The position numbers were made by a program, and so were the translations under genes. The notes under the pieces are model-generated. The model did no database searches, had not been told where the DNA came from, and saw only the letters and a program-made list of their open reading frames with translations. DNA of 64,000 nt from the human T2T-CHM13v2.0 reference genome, Homo sapiens. The stretch lies in assembly GCF_009914755.1 (NCBI RefSeq), contig NC_060934.1; one strand, written 5' to 3'. Below, in pieces: positions 12,991 to 26,165 of this stretch. Every line of letters begins with the position of its first letter. Position 1 is the stretch's first letter.

Positions 12991-13684
12991 AACAAATAGG
13001 ATCTTTCAGGCCTCTTTCAGTTCTAACACACTGTGATTCTGAATACAAAGGTTTCAGTTGGAACATTTTTGCATAGATTTGCCCTTGAACTGATCCTCCA
13101 GTGCAAAATACTTTAATTGCTAACGTAAAGTTTCATAAAAGCACATAAATCTCATTTATTATAGTTCTAATATGAAAATCTGGATCTCTTTAGAACCAGC
13201 TTTATTAGGATCTCTTGGCTGCATATGTCAGAATCTCAACTCAAACTCTCTTATGAAAAAAATTCAGCAGATGTCTACCACCTCCACACATTCCTACATC
13301 CTTAATCTCCCTGTGTTTTAAAACTCTAAATGAGTTCTCTTAGAAATATAAAGGCAAAGACACCTCATTCTTCTCTCTTGCTGAGTGGAGAAGAATTAAA
13401 TTCTCATACTTATAAGTCGAACAGCTTTAAGTAGAATAGACATGGAGGGCCAGCTAACCTCTCCAGCGACTTCCTAGTAATTTAACTTTTCAGTTCCAGA
13501 AGTTTCTAGAAGAAAACCCCATTCCTGGCTTAACTCAGCCTATAACCTGAGCCTCTAGTTGCATCTCACTGAAGCACCATAAGAATAGCAACCATGTGTT
13601 TAGAACAGCAACCATACGACAGCAACCATGTGTCATGGCTTATTCTCATCAAGCCTCCAGGTTGTAGGGAGCTTCGGTGATTAT

Positions 13685-14130
13685 ATTTTTGTTTAACAGC
13701 CCTCTCACCCACCCTCCTCTTGGGTTCCTTGGGTAATCACTCCCTCTCTTTCCATGTGGTCCAGGCAAACCTGTCAATCACAACATCTTCACCACCTTCC
13801 CCTTGCCAAAGGCTTACAACCCAAGCCAGGCAAGCAGAATGTTCCTAGGGTTGGATTAATTGTTGTTAGGAGAAAGGCACTTTTAGCCATGGAGCAGGCA
13901 AACTCAGGATGAGAAGCTGGGCTACTGGTGGCCAAAGAAAGTGATTTCTCACAGGAGAAGTTGAGGAAAGAAACAGGGAGGCAGGGCCAGAGATGATGAG
14001 GGAGACAGAGAACTCCGTAAACAGGAGTACCGAAGTTTGTTGTAGCCCCGGACTTCCCAGATGTGTAAGACAATAAATTCTCTTTTTGCTTACTAGCTTG
14101 AATTGGGTTTCTGTCATTTAAAACCTAATG
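13685..14130 (+). mobile_element. Ancient MLT1 (J/K/L-type) LTR
   Basis: 3' hallmark 'aataaattctctttttgcttactagcttgaattgggtttctgtcatt'. Confidence 0.65.
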
Positions 14131-14350
14131 GCTCCAACTTGTGGGCACTTCTGACTTACAGGGCAGCTCCCACAGACCTCAGTAGCTTTACCAGTCTTCC
14201 TTGTCTTGTGAGCTACCATCTTCTACTCTTTTGGGAGTGTGCGTGCATGCTTCGGATTATCAAATGATTTCAATGACAACAAAGAACTGATTGTAGTTTT
14301 GTTCTTCCAAAAATTCATCTTTCACTTCCAAAGAAGTGAGATGTATTTTA

Positions 14351-14387
14351 CACACACACACACACACGCACACACGCACACACACAC
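14351..14387 (+). repeat. (CA)n microsatellite, interrupted
   Basis: Visible. Confidence 0.9.
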
Positions 14388-14506
14388 TGCATTTCTGTTG
14401 GGTCCACTGATTCATGAATTTACCCTGACACTAAACATTCCTTTCCATTCTAGTTTTCAATACAGAGCCAGTTTCAGCAAGCTTAGAATAGCAGGTTCTT
14501 TGCTGA

Positions 14507-15355
<849 letters not shown>

Positions 15356-15956
15356 TTACAAGTGGTGGCGCTCGCTTCCCCAAAGAGAATCTGAGTTCTT
15401 TCTAAAATACCAATCCTTTGTTAAAATGAGATGGAGAGTAGATGAGGGAATGCAGCGGCAATAGGGAAGACAACTATTCCAGGCAGAAGAGAAATGCTGT
15501 ATCATCCACACACATTCCTCAACATACCTAAAGCTACCTTTAATGGTTTTAAGTAAGAAAATGGCTGAGGGATTTAAAAATCTTTACTGGGAATTAGAAA
15601 GCCCCTAGCAATACAACTCAGTAAACTGGCATTAAGATACAGCCATGCGATTATCGTGGATGGGAAAACGGCAAGATTGTAACAATCTGCAAGCATGTTG
15701 ATTGATCAGAGTTGCAAAGTACTATCAGCTGGCCGATGGCATACACAAAGTGCAGAGGAGCTCTCAACTCTGTAAGAAGAACAATGCCGGAGGAGTAGAA
15801 TAGCTATCCTTAGCCCAGGTGCTCACTGCCCCTGTCACGTATGCTCATGCCACACCTGAGATACCGGGAGGGCAGCGTCTTGTCCTATGTCCTCCCATTA
15901 CTTTCATTCCCAAAGTATTTCTGCCTATAGAGCTCTTCCGGCCTCTAAACTCCTTC

Positions 15957-16034
15957 CAGCTGTGTCCAACCTTTTCAATGCAAGGACTATTTTGCTTATC
16001 TGTGGTGGTGGATATCATGAAAACTATGCATGGA

Positions 16035-16067
<33 letters not shown>

Positions 16068-16165
16068 GTCATCAGCTATTGTTAGTGTTAGTGTATTTTA
16101 TGTGTGGCCCAAGACAATTCTTCTTCCAATGTGGCCCAGTGCAGCCAAAAGGTTGGACACGCCTG
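15957..16165. mobile_element. MER30(B) hAT MITE
   Basis: TIRs cagctgtgtccaaccttt / aaaggttggacacgcctg; internal 'catcagctattgttagtgttagtgtattttatgtgtggcccaagacaattc'. Confidence 0.8.
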
Positions 16166-16334
16166 CAATACTTAGTAATGTATATCATTCATGTGGTGAT
16201 AAATATATTCAGACGAAGAATAATTCTTTTTTTAAAATGTAAAATCACAATTATTTGATGTTTTTCATTTGTGAATGCCTTTTACACGTAGTCCCTACAT
16301 TTAGGTGCTTTGGATGCATGACTTTTCACTAGAC

Positions 16335-16683
16335 CAGTGGTTCTCAACCTTGGCTGCACATTAGAATCACCTGGAAGTTTCTTTCCATTCCAAGATTCAA
16401 CACAGAAATTAATAGAATACTGAATCAATTTCAATGAACTAAGAGTGACAATTTTTACTAAAAAACATTTACTTAGCAAGAAGCCAAGATTGACTGTTGT
16501 TTTAGAGTCTTTCTACTCGAAGTGTGGCCTATGGACCAACAGCATTCTTATCAGATGATAAGTGAACTGGGAGCTTGTGAGAAATGCAGAATCCCAGGCC
16601 CCACATCCAAATTATAATTTGCATTTTAACAAGATTCCTGGGTGATTCATACGCCCATTAAAATTTGAGAAGCACTCATTTAG
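16335..16683. mobile_element. MER5A/MER5B hAT-Charlie fragments
   Basis: 'cagtggttctcaaccttggctgcacattagaatcacctgg'; 'gggagcttgtgagaaatgcagaatcccaggcccc...ttttaacaagattcc...tttgagaagcact'. Confidence 0.8.
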
Positions 16684-16837
16684 ACTTTCCCATTACCCTT
16701 CTCTTTATCACTCTGAATATTCTCCAACTTCCTATCTAGTGACCACAGAGGGTACTGACAGATTACAGCTTCAAAGCATAACCAGGATCAATAGAATACA
16801 TTCATTCTTTCATTCCAGAAAAATCTATTTAGATGTA

Positions 16838-17065
16838 GGGCCAGTGCCTATGCTTGTGCAGACTGTGCACCACATCTGGGAAGTACTATTCACAATGTAG
16901 AAATTTTACATTTGGATTTTATTGCTACACCATTTTCTAGCAGACGGCAGTACCGTGTCTTGCAACAAAATCAATACACATAAGCTTTGGCTGAATGGAA
17001 GTTAAGTGCTTGAGGAGGGAATGTCTTTTTTCTATTCAATGGCCTATAGGCTAGATGTCACCTTA
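16838..17065. mobile_element. MER91-like hAT element
   Basis: 'ttgtgcagactgtgcac...attcacaatgtag...tctagcagacggcagt...gtgtctt...tgaggagggg'. Confidence 0.5.
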
Positions 17066-17899
17066 ATGGGAGCCAGGACCTGGCGACACAGCAGCAAACC
17101 AGAGAGGCCAAATTATTAACTATTTCCCATTTAATACAATTTGTTTATTAGTTTTTATGCAAAATTATGGTATGGTAGTTTTTAAAAATTCAATGTATGT
17201 GGCATATTTTCCTTCCATTGCATACGATATAGCCTACAATTTTAATGTTTAATATACAAAACACAGCTTGTGTTTTTTTCCCTTCACAAAGTTTATAACA
17301 AATCTTGGAGCGCAATCTGTAATTACAATACATCGTATGCAGAAATTCCAGCCACTTTCGAGCTTTATACTTTATGGTGTAGTTTCCAAGTACACGTTAT
17401 AGCAGAAGTGAAAGAAAAACTCTATTTTTCTGAATATTCTATAATTCCTGTCATCAAGTGCCTTGGATGTGGACATTAGAGATCAGTCAATATTTGTTTT
17501 AAAACAGTATTTTCAACTTCTTTTATATACTTTTCTGTCTCTCTCTCTCTCTCTCTCTTTCTTTTTTTCCCTAATGGAATGCTCTGTCCTGCTTGCCAGT
17601 TTTGGTGCAGAGAAGCCAACAAAGATTTATAAATAGGGATGCTCATGACATCATGATTTATGACAGGTAAAAACAGGAAGCATTTTAGATTTCAAACAAA
17701 AGGTAGTTGATCAAATATATCACTACACATCCAAGTAACTAAATAGCACATTTATTAAAAACGATGAGTCTAAAGAATAATTAATATCATAGGGAAAACA
17801 TTTATGTAAAATGTTAAGCAAAAAGTTTTAAGAGGTTAAAAGGAAAAAAAAAATCAGGGTGCAAAACCACATACATAGTGTAATCTGAATGTCCCTGGC

Positions 17900-18043
17900 T
17901 CCTTGCTACTTAGCTAGTCTATGGACTAGCATCATAGCATCACCAGGAGCTTGTTGGAAATGCAAGATTTTAGGCTCCACCCTAAAACCCACTGAATCGG
18001 AATCTTCAGGTGATTCTTAGGCACTCGAAAGTCTGAGAAGTAT
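17900..18043. mobile_element. MER5A fragment
   Basis: 'gcatcaccaggagcttgttggaaatgcaag...aggtgattctt...aagtctgagaag'. Confidence 0.7.
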
Positions 18044-18974
18044 CACCCAGGCCGTATCAACTTCGGGGAACAGTGGTCAGTTTACTTCTACAATTTGAAC
18101 CAAAGTTCATTAGCTCATTAGCACCGACCTACCTAATGCAGGACCACAGTCCCCCTCCAAGACACATCCAGTGTCTTAGGCAGGTATCTATAAGTATAAA
18201 CTCAGGCACTGGGGTGGTGGCCTTACCTGTCCCTCAAAATCCCCAAGGGGGAAATGCTGTTTGATACAAATGATTATTTGAAAATTATGTCAAAGAAAGG
18301 GGGATCTATTTCTTTTGCCCTGGCAATCCCTCATTAAATATGCCTTTTATGTCATCTCTGCCCATTCGTTTTCCTTTCGGCTTCCTCCTATCCCTCACAC
18401 ATGCCTCTCCTCTCTTACCTGAGAATCCTGAGAGAGTCGAGGAGGAAACCTGGTATTCCAGAGTTAGGAGAAACGACTGTGCCCTCATGTACCATGATGG
18501 ATACTATCACAGAAAGCAACATGCATGCTCTCCCACCATCCACACTGGGACGTGAGCATCACTATCCCTTTATCATCCCAATGGCCACTTTGCTGCAGCA
18601 CCAACCTTGCTGATGTGACCCATTCTGGTCCACTGCTGGTTAAAAACTCCCCTCTGACCACTGCCCACATGGTTGGATCAGTCCACCGTGGACCCAAGAT
18701 GTGACTCTCACTGCTTTACACTGCCATGTGGGACTCTATAAGGTCACTACTCTCCTGATAGGCATGTGGGATCTGCAGTGTGGGATCCCCCATGCCTACC
18801 GAGAAGGAGAAATGGGGGAGGATATAGGTTTAAGTAGAAATTAGACAAGGGATTGGGACTAGAGAACATTTCTCCTGAGAGTTTTCAAGGAAAATGACTT
18901 GCCTGGTTATGTTCAAGCATAAAGTATATAATACAATAGAAAACAGAGTAATAGGAGTTAGGAAACGTAGTGTC

Positions 18975-19130
18975 TTGTCTTGGTTCTTTGTGTGACCTTG
19001 GGGAAGTCATTTTCAGATGCTTATTTTTCCCCTTTTGGAATGCTGGGTAAAAATAATTGCACAGTCCATCTCCCAATTCTGGTTAAGTTCAAATGAGATG
19101 ATGTTTGGAAATGAGCTTTGAAATCCCTTA
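18975..19130 (+). mobile_element. MIR
   Basis: 'tgtgtgaccttggggaagtca...caaatgagatgatg'. Confidence 0.6.
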
Positions 19131-20779
19131 GGTGTAGCATTAGCACCATTAATATGCAGCACCATGGTAAGAAAAAAAGACAGTCTGTTCTTTAAATTGG
19201 CCTCAAGAAAATTTCACACCTGGATATCTGGTGGAACCTGCAAATTGGTGTTGTATATTTTAAAGTCAAGAGTAACCTTGGAGACTGGTCTAGATTGAAA
19301 ATCAACAGTACATTGGAGAGTGATACACAGCTCCTAGCTGGTAGGGGAAATTGAGGGCATCCAGAGTGAATAAAGTGTTTATTGCGGTGGAGTGAGCAGG
19401 GGGGAGTAGCATTATGTTCTAAAAGCATTCAATAAAAGGATAGCCACCTTCCGTTTTCTCAAACATCTATGCAGGTGCTTAGATCCCAAATATGGAAGAT
19501 TTTGCATTTCACAAGGTATCTTTCATTCTACATAGATTTGTAGCAAAATAAAAATCATTATACATTTTAATGGCTTTGTTGATTTGGTTAAATTAGCTGA
19601 AGGCATTGTTGACTGCACATAAAATCCATTTCTCAAAGTTCTTTAGCTTTTTGACCCTTTCATCAATTCTTCTTCAGTTCTGTCATCATTCTTTCCCTCC
19701 TCTTTCAATTTCCTATCTAAAATGTTCCAAAATAATTATAAAAGTCAGAGAGGCATGATGAACCTTTTTATTGGAAAGAGATGAACCTTCCAAACTCATT
19801 CTCAGCTCATCATCACAGCATTTGGAATATGGAGTAAAAATTCATATTTTGCAAGTGCCTTGGTGCTTAAGCATGCAGAACAGATGTTTCATTTCACAAG
19901 TTTTCCCAATTTATTACACATAATATCTCTATTTCTGTGAGACAAACACTGCTTTGGGGAATAGGCCTCTCCATTTCCTCCAGCAAGCTAAGGCATGGAA
20001 ATGGACTGTTGAGTCACCTTCTAGTCACCTCAGGAGAGGAGATTTTTCAAATGCTGTTTGTTTATTCTCATGCAAGGTCATCAAGGGGAAATAGTCACAG
20101 TCCCATACTCCTTACCAAAGGCCGTCACTTCTGCACATGGCATTTCTCTACCTGAAATGCATTCAATTAAATGCACTCATCCTTGCTAGGCCTGGCTTGA
20201 TTTCACATCTGTGACGGATTCCTTGATGAACTCGACACCGAGTGGTTTCTTCCAATAGCTAAATAATACCTGATGATGACATTATTTTCATCATTACCAT
20301 TAGCAACTTAGGAGGGAGAAAGGTGGTGTTGGGCAGGGAAGTCACACTAACCTCACCTTTCCCTGTTGCACTCTAAATTCCGAGGGCGGGGTGGCTTGCA
20401 CAGTGCCTTTCATATGATTGGTGTTTTAAAAACATTGCTTGGTTGATTACATAGGATAGTATTGCTGCTTTGGTAGCCTAACTTTGCTCCTACACTACGG
20501 CCAGAAGAGAGGGTGAAGAAGAAATAAGAAAATAAAAATCAATCCTAAAGAAAGTGGTAAGGAGCAAAATAGGAGTTATCGGGGAAGCACAAAAACCTGA
20601 AGCAGATAACCCTCAGGCGTGAAGGCCTATTTCTCTCCTGGTTTACACACGCACCCACCTCCGTTTCTCTCCTACTTCTCCGCCACCCCACCTCAACCAG
20701 GAGGCAATTCCCCAACCAACCCTGAATATGTCTTCTAATTTCATGTACTCAATAATACCCAAACCATTTAATCTCAGTC

Positions 20780-21070
20780 ACTGCTGGTGGGAGCGGCAAT
20801 TGACACGACCTTGAAGGGAAAGCAACTTGGCAGCAGATATCAAGAGTTCTAAAAAACATTTATACTCATCTTCTCCATAATTCCACTTCTGAGCTGTATC
20901 CTAATTTTTAAAATCTTAAATATGTACAAAGATTTATGCCCCCAGAGTTTCCAATACAGGTTTATTTATACAGAGATAGGAACAGTGCAGCAGTCTAGCA
21001 TCAGAAGGAGTGGCTAAATTATGGGATGAGTCTCTCACTGGAATTTTTCTAAAGTTATTTTAAATTATGT
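20780..21070 (+). mobile_element. Old L1ME fragment
   Basis: 'cactgctggtgggag...gcaacttggcag...taattccacttctgag...gtttatttata'. Confidence 0.55.
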
Positions 21071-21312
21071 CTTAAAGGCATTTAAAGCTTATTTTATTTT
21101 TAAATGTTTTTAAATTAGCATGCAATAAAATTGACCTTTGTCTACACAGTTCTATGAATTTCAGCACTCACATAGGGTCAGGACCGAGTTTCCTCTCACA
21201 AGACTCCTAGCCCCACCTTGAAATCACCGGACGCGCTTCGTTGTCCAGGAGCCTTCTCGAAGCGGCGGGACGTCTCCGGAGGTTGGGTGGCCCGGTCAGT
21301 CCGCGGCACACA

Positions 21313-21332
21313 AGGACCTCTAGGGGGCAGTG
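21313..21332 (+). promoter_or_regulatory. Strong CTCF-binding motif in a small CpG-rich patch
   Basis: aggaCCTCTAGGGGGCAGtg closely fits the CTCF core CC(A/T)SYAGRKGGCRS; many CpGs at 21228-21305. Confidence 0.7.
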
Positions 21333-21381
21333 TTGTCTCACACCACATGTTCCTCTACCGGGCTTTAACACACACCCTTGA

Positions 21382-21495
21382 ACTCTAACCCAGCCAAAGC
21401 ACTATTGCGTCTGTATTTTCCAAATACTTTACAATGAGTATGCACTACTATTACAATCAGAAAAAAAATATTAGATTACTAATAAGCTATTGAAA
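21382..21495 (+). repeat. Donor copy of a 113/114-bp dispersed duplication
   Basis: Matches 22208-22320 except one substitution and A8 vs A7. Confidence 0.95.
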
Positions 21496-22207
21496 CTGGG
21501 GGAGATAGCAATATAAAAATACCCACTCATGGAAGACACTGCTTAAAATAGAGAACTAGCCTCTGTTCATAGTCTGGTTTCAAAGCCCAAAGTTACGTTT
21601 CCTTTTGTTAGATTGCTAGATGATATGGCTCTGGACTTTAATTCTCCATGTTTAAAATAGCATTTCTGTATTTAAAATAGCATTTCAATAGCACTTTTAA
21701 AACTTCTAAAATCATTTCTGTAATACTCTTTTTTCAGTGAGAAATAGAACAATGCTTCTTCCCTCTCTATTTTAGAGATAGCAAAGCGCTAAAGAGATGA
21801 ATTTGTGTTAGAACATCTATATATTAATTCAGAATATCCTAATAAGCAAAAGGATATTGCTAACAATTTGTATGCAGCAAGGCATAAGTTTTGGAGTCTT
21901 CTCAATTTAGCTATTCCACTTATGCTAGTTCACCCACTCCCTTCCTGTGACGGGTTCCCTAGTGATGAATGGGGCATGTAGATTATCAGATGAGTGGACA
22001 GGAAGGAAGACAGTCTAGAGTGGAAGATAAAGATAACCAACCCATGATGGAACCAACTCAGAAATCAACCCCACCAAGAGAAAACTTTATTCATGCACTG
22101 AATATTTATGGAACACCTTTCACTTGCCAAGCACTGTTCCAGGTGCTGGGGATATAGCAGAAAACTGCACGTCAAAATTGCTGCTCTCATAAAGTTCACA
22201 TTCTGGG

Positions 22208-22320
22208 ACTCTAACCCAGCCAAAGCACTATTGCGTCTGTATTTTCCAAATACTTTACAATGAGTATGCACTACTATTACAATCAGAAAAAAATATTAGA
22301 TTACTAACAAGCTATTGAAA
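22208..22320 (+). repeat. Inserted copy of 21382-21495
   Basis: Direct sequence identity; it interrupts the L2 motif cattctggg|tgggagacag. Confidence 0.95.
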
Positions 22321-22837
22321 GTGTCTCCCACTGGGTGGGAGACAGCTAGGAAAAAGAAATAAAGAGGAAAAATATCCTCTTGAAAGTTAAAATAGGATAG
22401 AGACGGATTGGTGGGGGCTACTTTAGACTGCGGAGTCACAGAGGACCTCTTTGAGGAAGTGGTAATTTAAGATGAGATCAGAATAACATATCCAGCCTTG
22501 AGAAGACAAGGGGGTGGAGGGAGTGTTCCAGGGAAAGGAGACACCTTATACAAAGGCTGGAACAAATTGAATGGGTTCAGAAAACAAAAGGAAGGCCCAG
22601 AGTGACTGGAGCGTGGCATTTAGGGATGAAGGTCAAGTCAGAAAAGTATGTAAGAGTCTGGTCAAGTAACAGTCTCGTAGGCCAAGGTAAGGAATTTGGG
22701 TTTTATTTTACTGCAGTGAGAGATATAGGAGATTTCACACAGAGGCGTGAAATGGTCTGATATAGGTTTCTAAGAACCATTCTGACGGCCATTAGAAAGT
22801 GCAAGTTTGGGAATATGGCGATCACTGAGAAAGCTAT

Positions 22838-23162
22838 GGGACCGTGCATGGTAGATCATGCCTGTAATCTCAGCACTTCGGAAGGCCAAGGCAGGAGGAT
22901 TGCTTGAGGCCAGGAGTTCAAGACCAGCCTGGGCAACACAGTGAGACCTCATCGCTACAAAAAATAAAAACATAAGCCAAGTGTGGTGGCATGTGCCTGT
23001 AGTCCCAGCTACTCAGGAGGTTAAGGCAGGAGGATTGCTTGAGCCCAGGAGTTCAAGACTGCAGTGAGCTATGATTGCACCACTGCACTCCAGCCAGAGC
23101 AGCAGAGTGAGACCATGTCTCATATAAAATAAAATAATAAAATTCAAATAATAAAATAAAAC
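22838..23162 (+). mobile_element. AluJ with TSD agaaagctat
   Basis: Full dimer, J-type positions; TSD at 22828-22837 and 23163-23172. Confidence 0.92.
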
Positions 23163-23859
23163 AGAAAGCTATCACAATAACTGAGGTCAGGTGTGATGAA
23201 GTGTGGACCAGGATTATGGCGGTAGAGATGGAAGGTAGCTCACAGAGTCATGACATCTTTTGGAGAAGGAGCTGTTGGAATTAGCTGTATTATTAGATGT
23301 ACATGGTTGGGGGGAGATGAATCAAAGCACGATTCCTAGCTTTTTAGTTTGAACAACTGAAAGGATGGTAGCTCCATTTCCGGAGATGAGAGGACTGAGG
23401 AGATCATGATCCGGGGGGAATATTTGGTCTTTAACATGTGAGCCCATTGGACGAGCATTTGGGTAACTTCAGTCTTACTCCTCAGCAGCTGCTGTTGGCA
23501 GGGTGTGGTCAGGTAGGCTGGCACTGTGTCTGAGCAAGCCAGCTCTGGTCTGATAACAGAGTTTTATCTGGAAGGGGAAACCCAGGGCTGGGCTTACGAT
23601 CTAAGGTCAGCAGCCTGTCACACCAAGAAATAAATGTCTGTTAAGGCAATTGGTACATAAGCACTCAGAAAGTGTAGCTTGTCAAAGTGGCTTAATTCCA
23701 ACTAGGTTGTTATTACTCAGTTGACACCTCTTGGGAGAGTTTTTTGATATTTTCTTTAACTCTTTAGTGTTATACTTTATGTATATTCACATGAATTGAA
23801 AACAGGTTCAGTTAAAAGGGTAATTAAAAATATAAAACATTTTTTAAAAAAGAAAACAG

Positions 23860-24160
23860 GGCCAGGCACGGTGGCTCACGCCTGTAATCCCAGCACTTTG
23901 GGAGGCCGAGGTGGGCACATCATGAGGTCAGGAGATCGAGACCATCCTGGCTAACACGGTGAAACCTCGTCTCTACTAAAAATACAAAAAATTAGCTAGG
24001 CGTGATGGTGGGTGCCTATAGTTGCAGCTACTCGGGAGGCTGAGGCAGGAGAATGGCATGAACCCAGGAGGAGGAAGGAGCTTGCAGTGAGCCGAGATGG
24101 CGCCACTGCACTCCAGCCTGGGCGACAGAGTGAGACACTGTCTCAAAAAAAAAAAAAAAA
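23860..24160 (+). mobile_element. AluY with TSD (a)agaaaacag
   Basis: 'ggagatcgagaccatcctggctaacacggtgaaac', polyA, TSD on both sides. Confidence 0.95.
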
Positions 24161-24436
24161 GAAAACAGGTACATGATGTAGACTCTACATTTTAATGTAA
24201 TGTTTCATTAATTGTAATGAAACATTACAATGTTTCAACATCCTTGAAATTTAAATAAGGGAAGCTTTGGGTTTCCATAAAGAGAACACTTATACTTAAA
24301 CACAAGAAGGCTGAGACAAAGGTTAAAAAATGGTAAACCTGTAAAGGGCTGTTAAAAGCATAATGCTGTATTTTTCATCCCCCAAATCTTAAAATGTAAA
24401 AAAATGGCTTTAGCTTTTGACTCCAAAGCTGGAGAT

Positions 24437-25065
24437 TAATTTTTTAATTTTTAATTTTTGTGGGTACATAGTAGATGTATATATTTATGGGGTACATGTA
24501 ATATTTTGATACAGGCATGTAATGCATAATAATCACATCAGGGCAAAAGGGGTATCCATCACCTCAAGCATTTATTTTTTGTGTTACAAACAACCCAAGT
24601 ATACTCTTTTAATTATTTAAAAATGTACAATAAAATTATTTTTGACTATAGTCACTCTGTTGTGCTAGCAAATACTATATCTTATTCATCCTTTCTAACT
24701 ACTGTTTGTACTCATCAACCACACCCACGTACCCCCGACTCTTCTCCTACTCTTCCTAGCCTCTGGTAACCATCCTTCTAACTCTCTATCTCTATGAGTT
24801 CAATTGTTTTAATTTTTAGCTCCCACAGATAAGTGAGAACATGCGACGTTTGTCTTTCTGTGTCTGGTTTAGTTCACTTAACATAATGATCTCCAGTTCC
24901 ATCCATGTTGTTGCAAATGATAGGATCTCATTCTTTTTTATGGCTGAATAGTACTCCACTGTGTATTTACAACCTTTCCTTTGTCCATTTATCTGTTGAT
25001 GGACACTTAGGTTGCTTCCAAATCTTGGCTATTGTGAATAGTGCTGCAATAAACATGGGCGTGCA
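24437..25065 (-). mobile_element. L1MA-type 3' end fragment
   Basis: 'tttttgtgggtacatagtag...ggggtacatg...tccatcacctcaagcattt...gctattgtgaatagtgctgcaataaacatggg'; degenerate TSD aaa(g/a)ctggaga. Confidence 0.9.
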
Positions 25066-25639
25066 AAACTGGAGAATTTTGAAGTAATACATTTACTCCT
25101 ACAGAGATCCTGAATAATCATAGTTCTTGATTACACCCACCTCCTCTTCATTATTTTAAGTATTTTTGTTAATTACTAAGTTGATCCTTCTAGTAAGAAG
25201 GCTGCCACAACTTCGTTTCCTTTGGAGGACTGAGACCTTCCCACCTTAGCAAGAGCTTTCCATGTTGAGGTTTGCAGTGAGAGTCACATTACCCAGAGAA
25301 CTGAGGGGACTGCAGTTATGCCCTTGCAGATACGGGAACACGAGGGCTGAATTAATGAGCCAGAGCCATAGACAATACTGCCAAAAAGTCCCAAGTTCCC
25401 CCGAGCAAATACCCAGGAAGGATTTGTCTGGATATCACCTTCACCTCCTACTTAGAACAGGGTTGCCCTGAAAGTCCCTCCACCCATCGCAGGAGAAGAC
25501 CTTGGAGAGTGGCTAGCAGAATTCAGGCAAATTCTTTGTTTCTGCATTCTATTTGAGCAGCCTGGCCACAGGCCAAGGAAAACTCTCTTGGAGAATAGAC
25601 ATTACCTGTGGAGAATGATTTGAGAAACTCTGATCCAGG

Positions 25640-26165
25640 AATATCCAACACTACAGTGGCCTCCTGGGGTCCCTACTAACCGGTCCCCTATTAATCTCCC
25701 TGCCCTGATTTCCTACCATCCTCTCCCTCACTCACTCTGCTCCAGCCACTCTGGCCTTCCTCAAAAACAGACAGACTTCTACCTTGAGGCTTTTACATTT
25801 GCCTAGAACACTCTCTAGCTTGCTCGTTTACCTGCGTCATGTCTTGGCTTTCATGCCACTGTTTGAACAAGGCCCACCCTTATTAACCCCAATCAATATT
25901 GCAAACTTCCCCTTCACCACTCACCCTCACCACCCTCATTATTCAGCTCTTTTTTAAAAAAGGTACCTATTATGTTCTAATACATATCACTGGGGTATGT
26001 TTTATATTTATTGTATATTGTCTATCTCCTCCCACTAGAACACAGCTCCACAAAGGGTGAAATGTTTGCCTGTTTCTTGGTTGACTGCTGTTACCCCTGG
26101 GCCTGCATCAGCACCTGGCGTATAGTAGACTCTCAAGAACAGCTGTCGATTAAATGACTGAATAT
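25640..26165 (+). mobile_element. L2 3' part
   Basis: 'ctctgctccagccactctggccttcc...tgtctatctcctcccactagaa...cacctggcgtatagtagactctc...aaatgactgaat'. Confidence 0.75.

Larger units (their letters stand above)
22085..23430 (-). mobile_element. L2 (interrupted by templated insertion and AluJ)
   Basis: 'ttattcatgcactgaatatttatggaacacc...gccaagcactgttccaggtgctggggata' L2 3' end and downstream L2 text. Confidence 0.8.
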
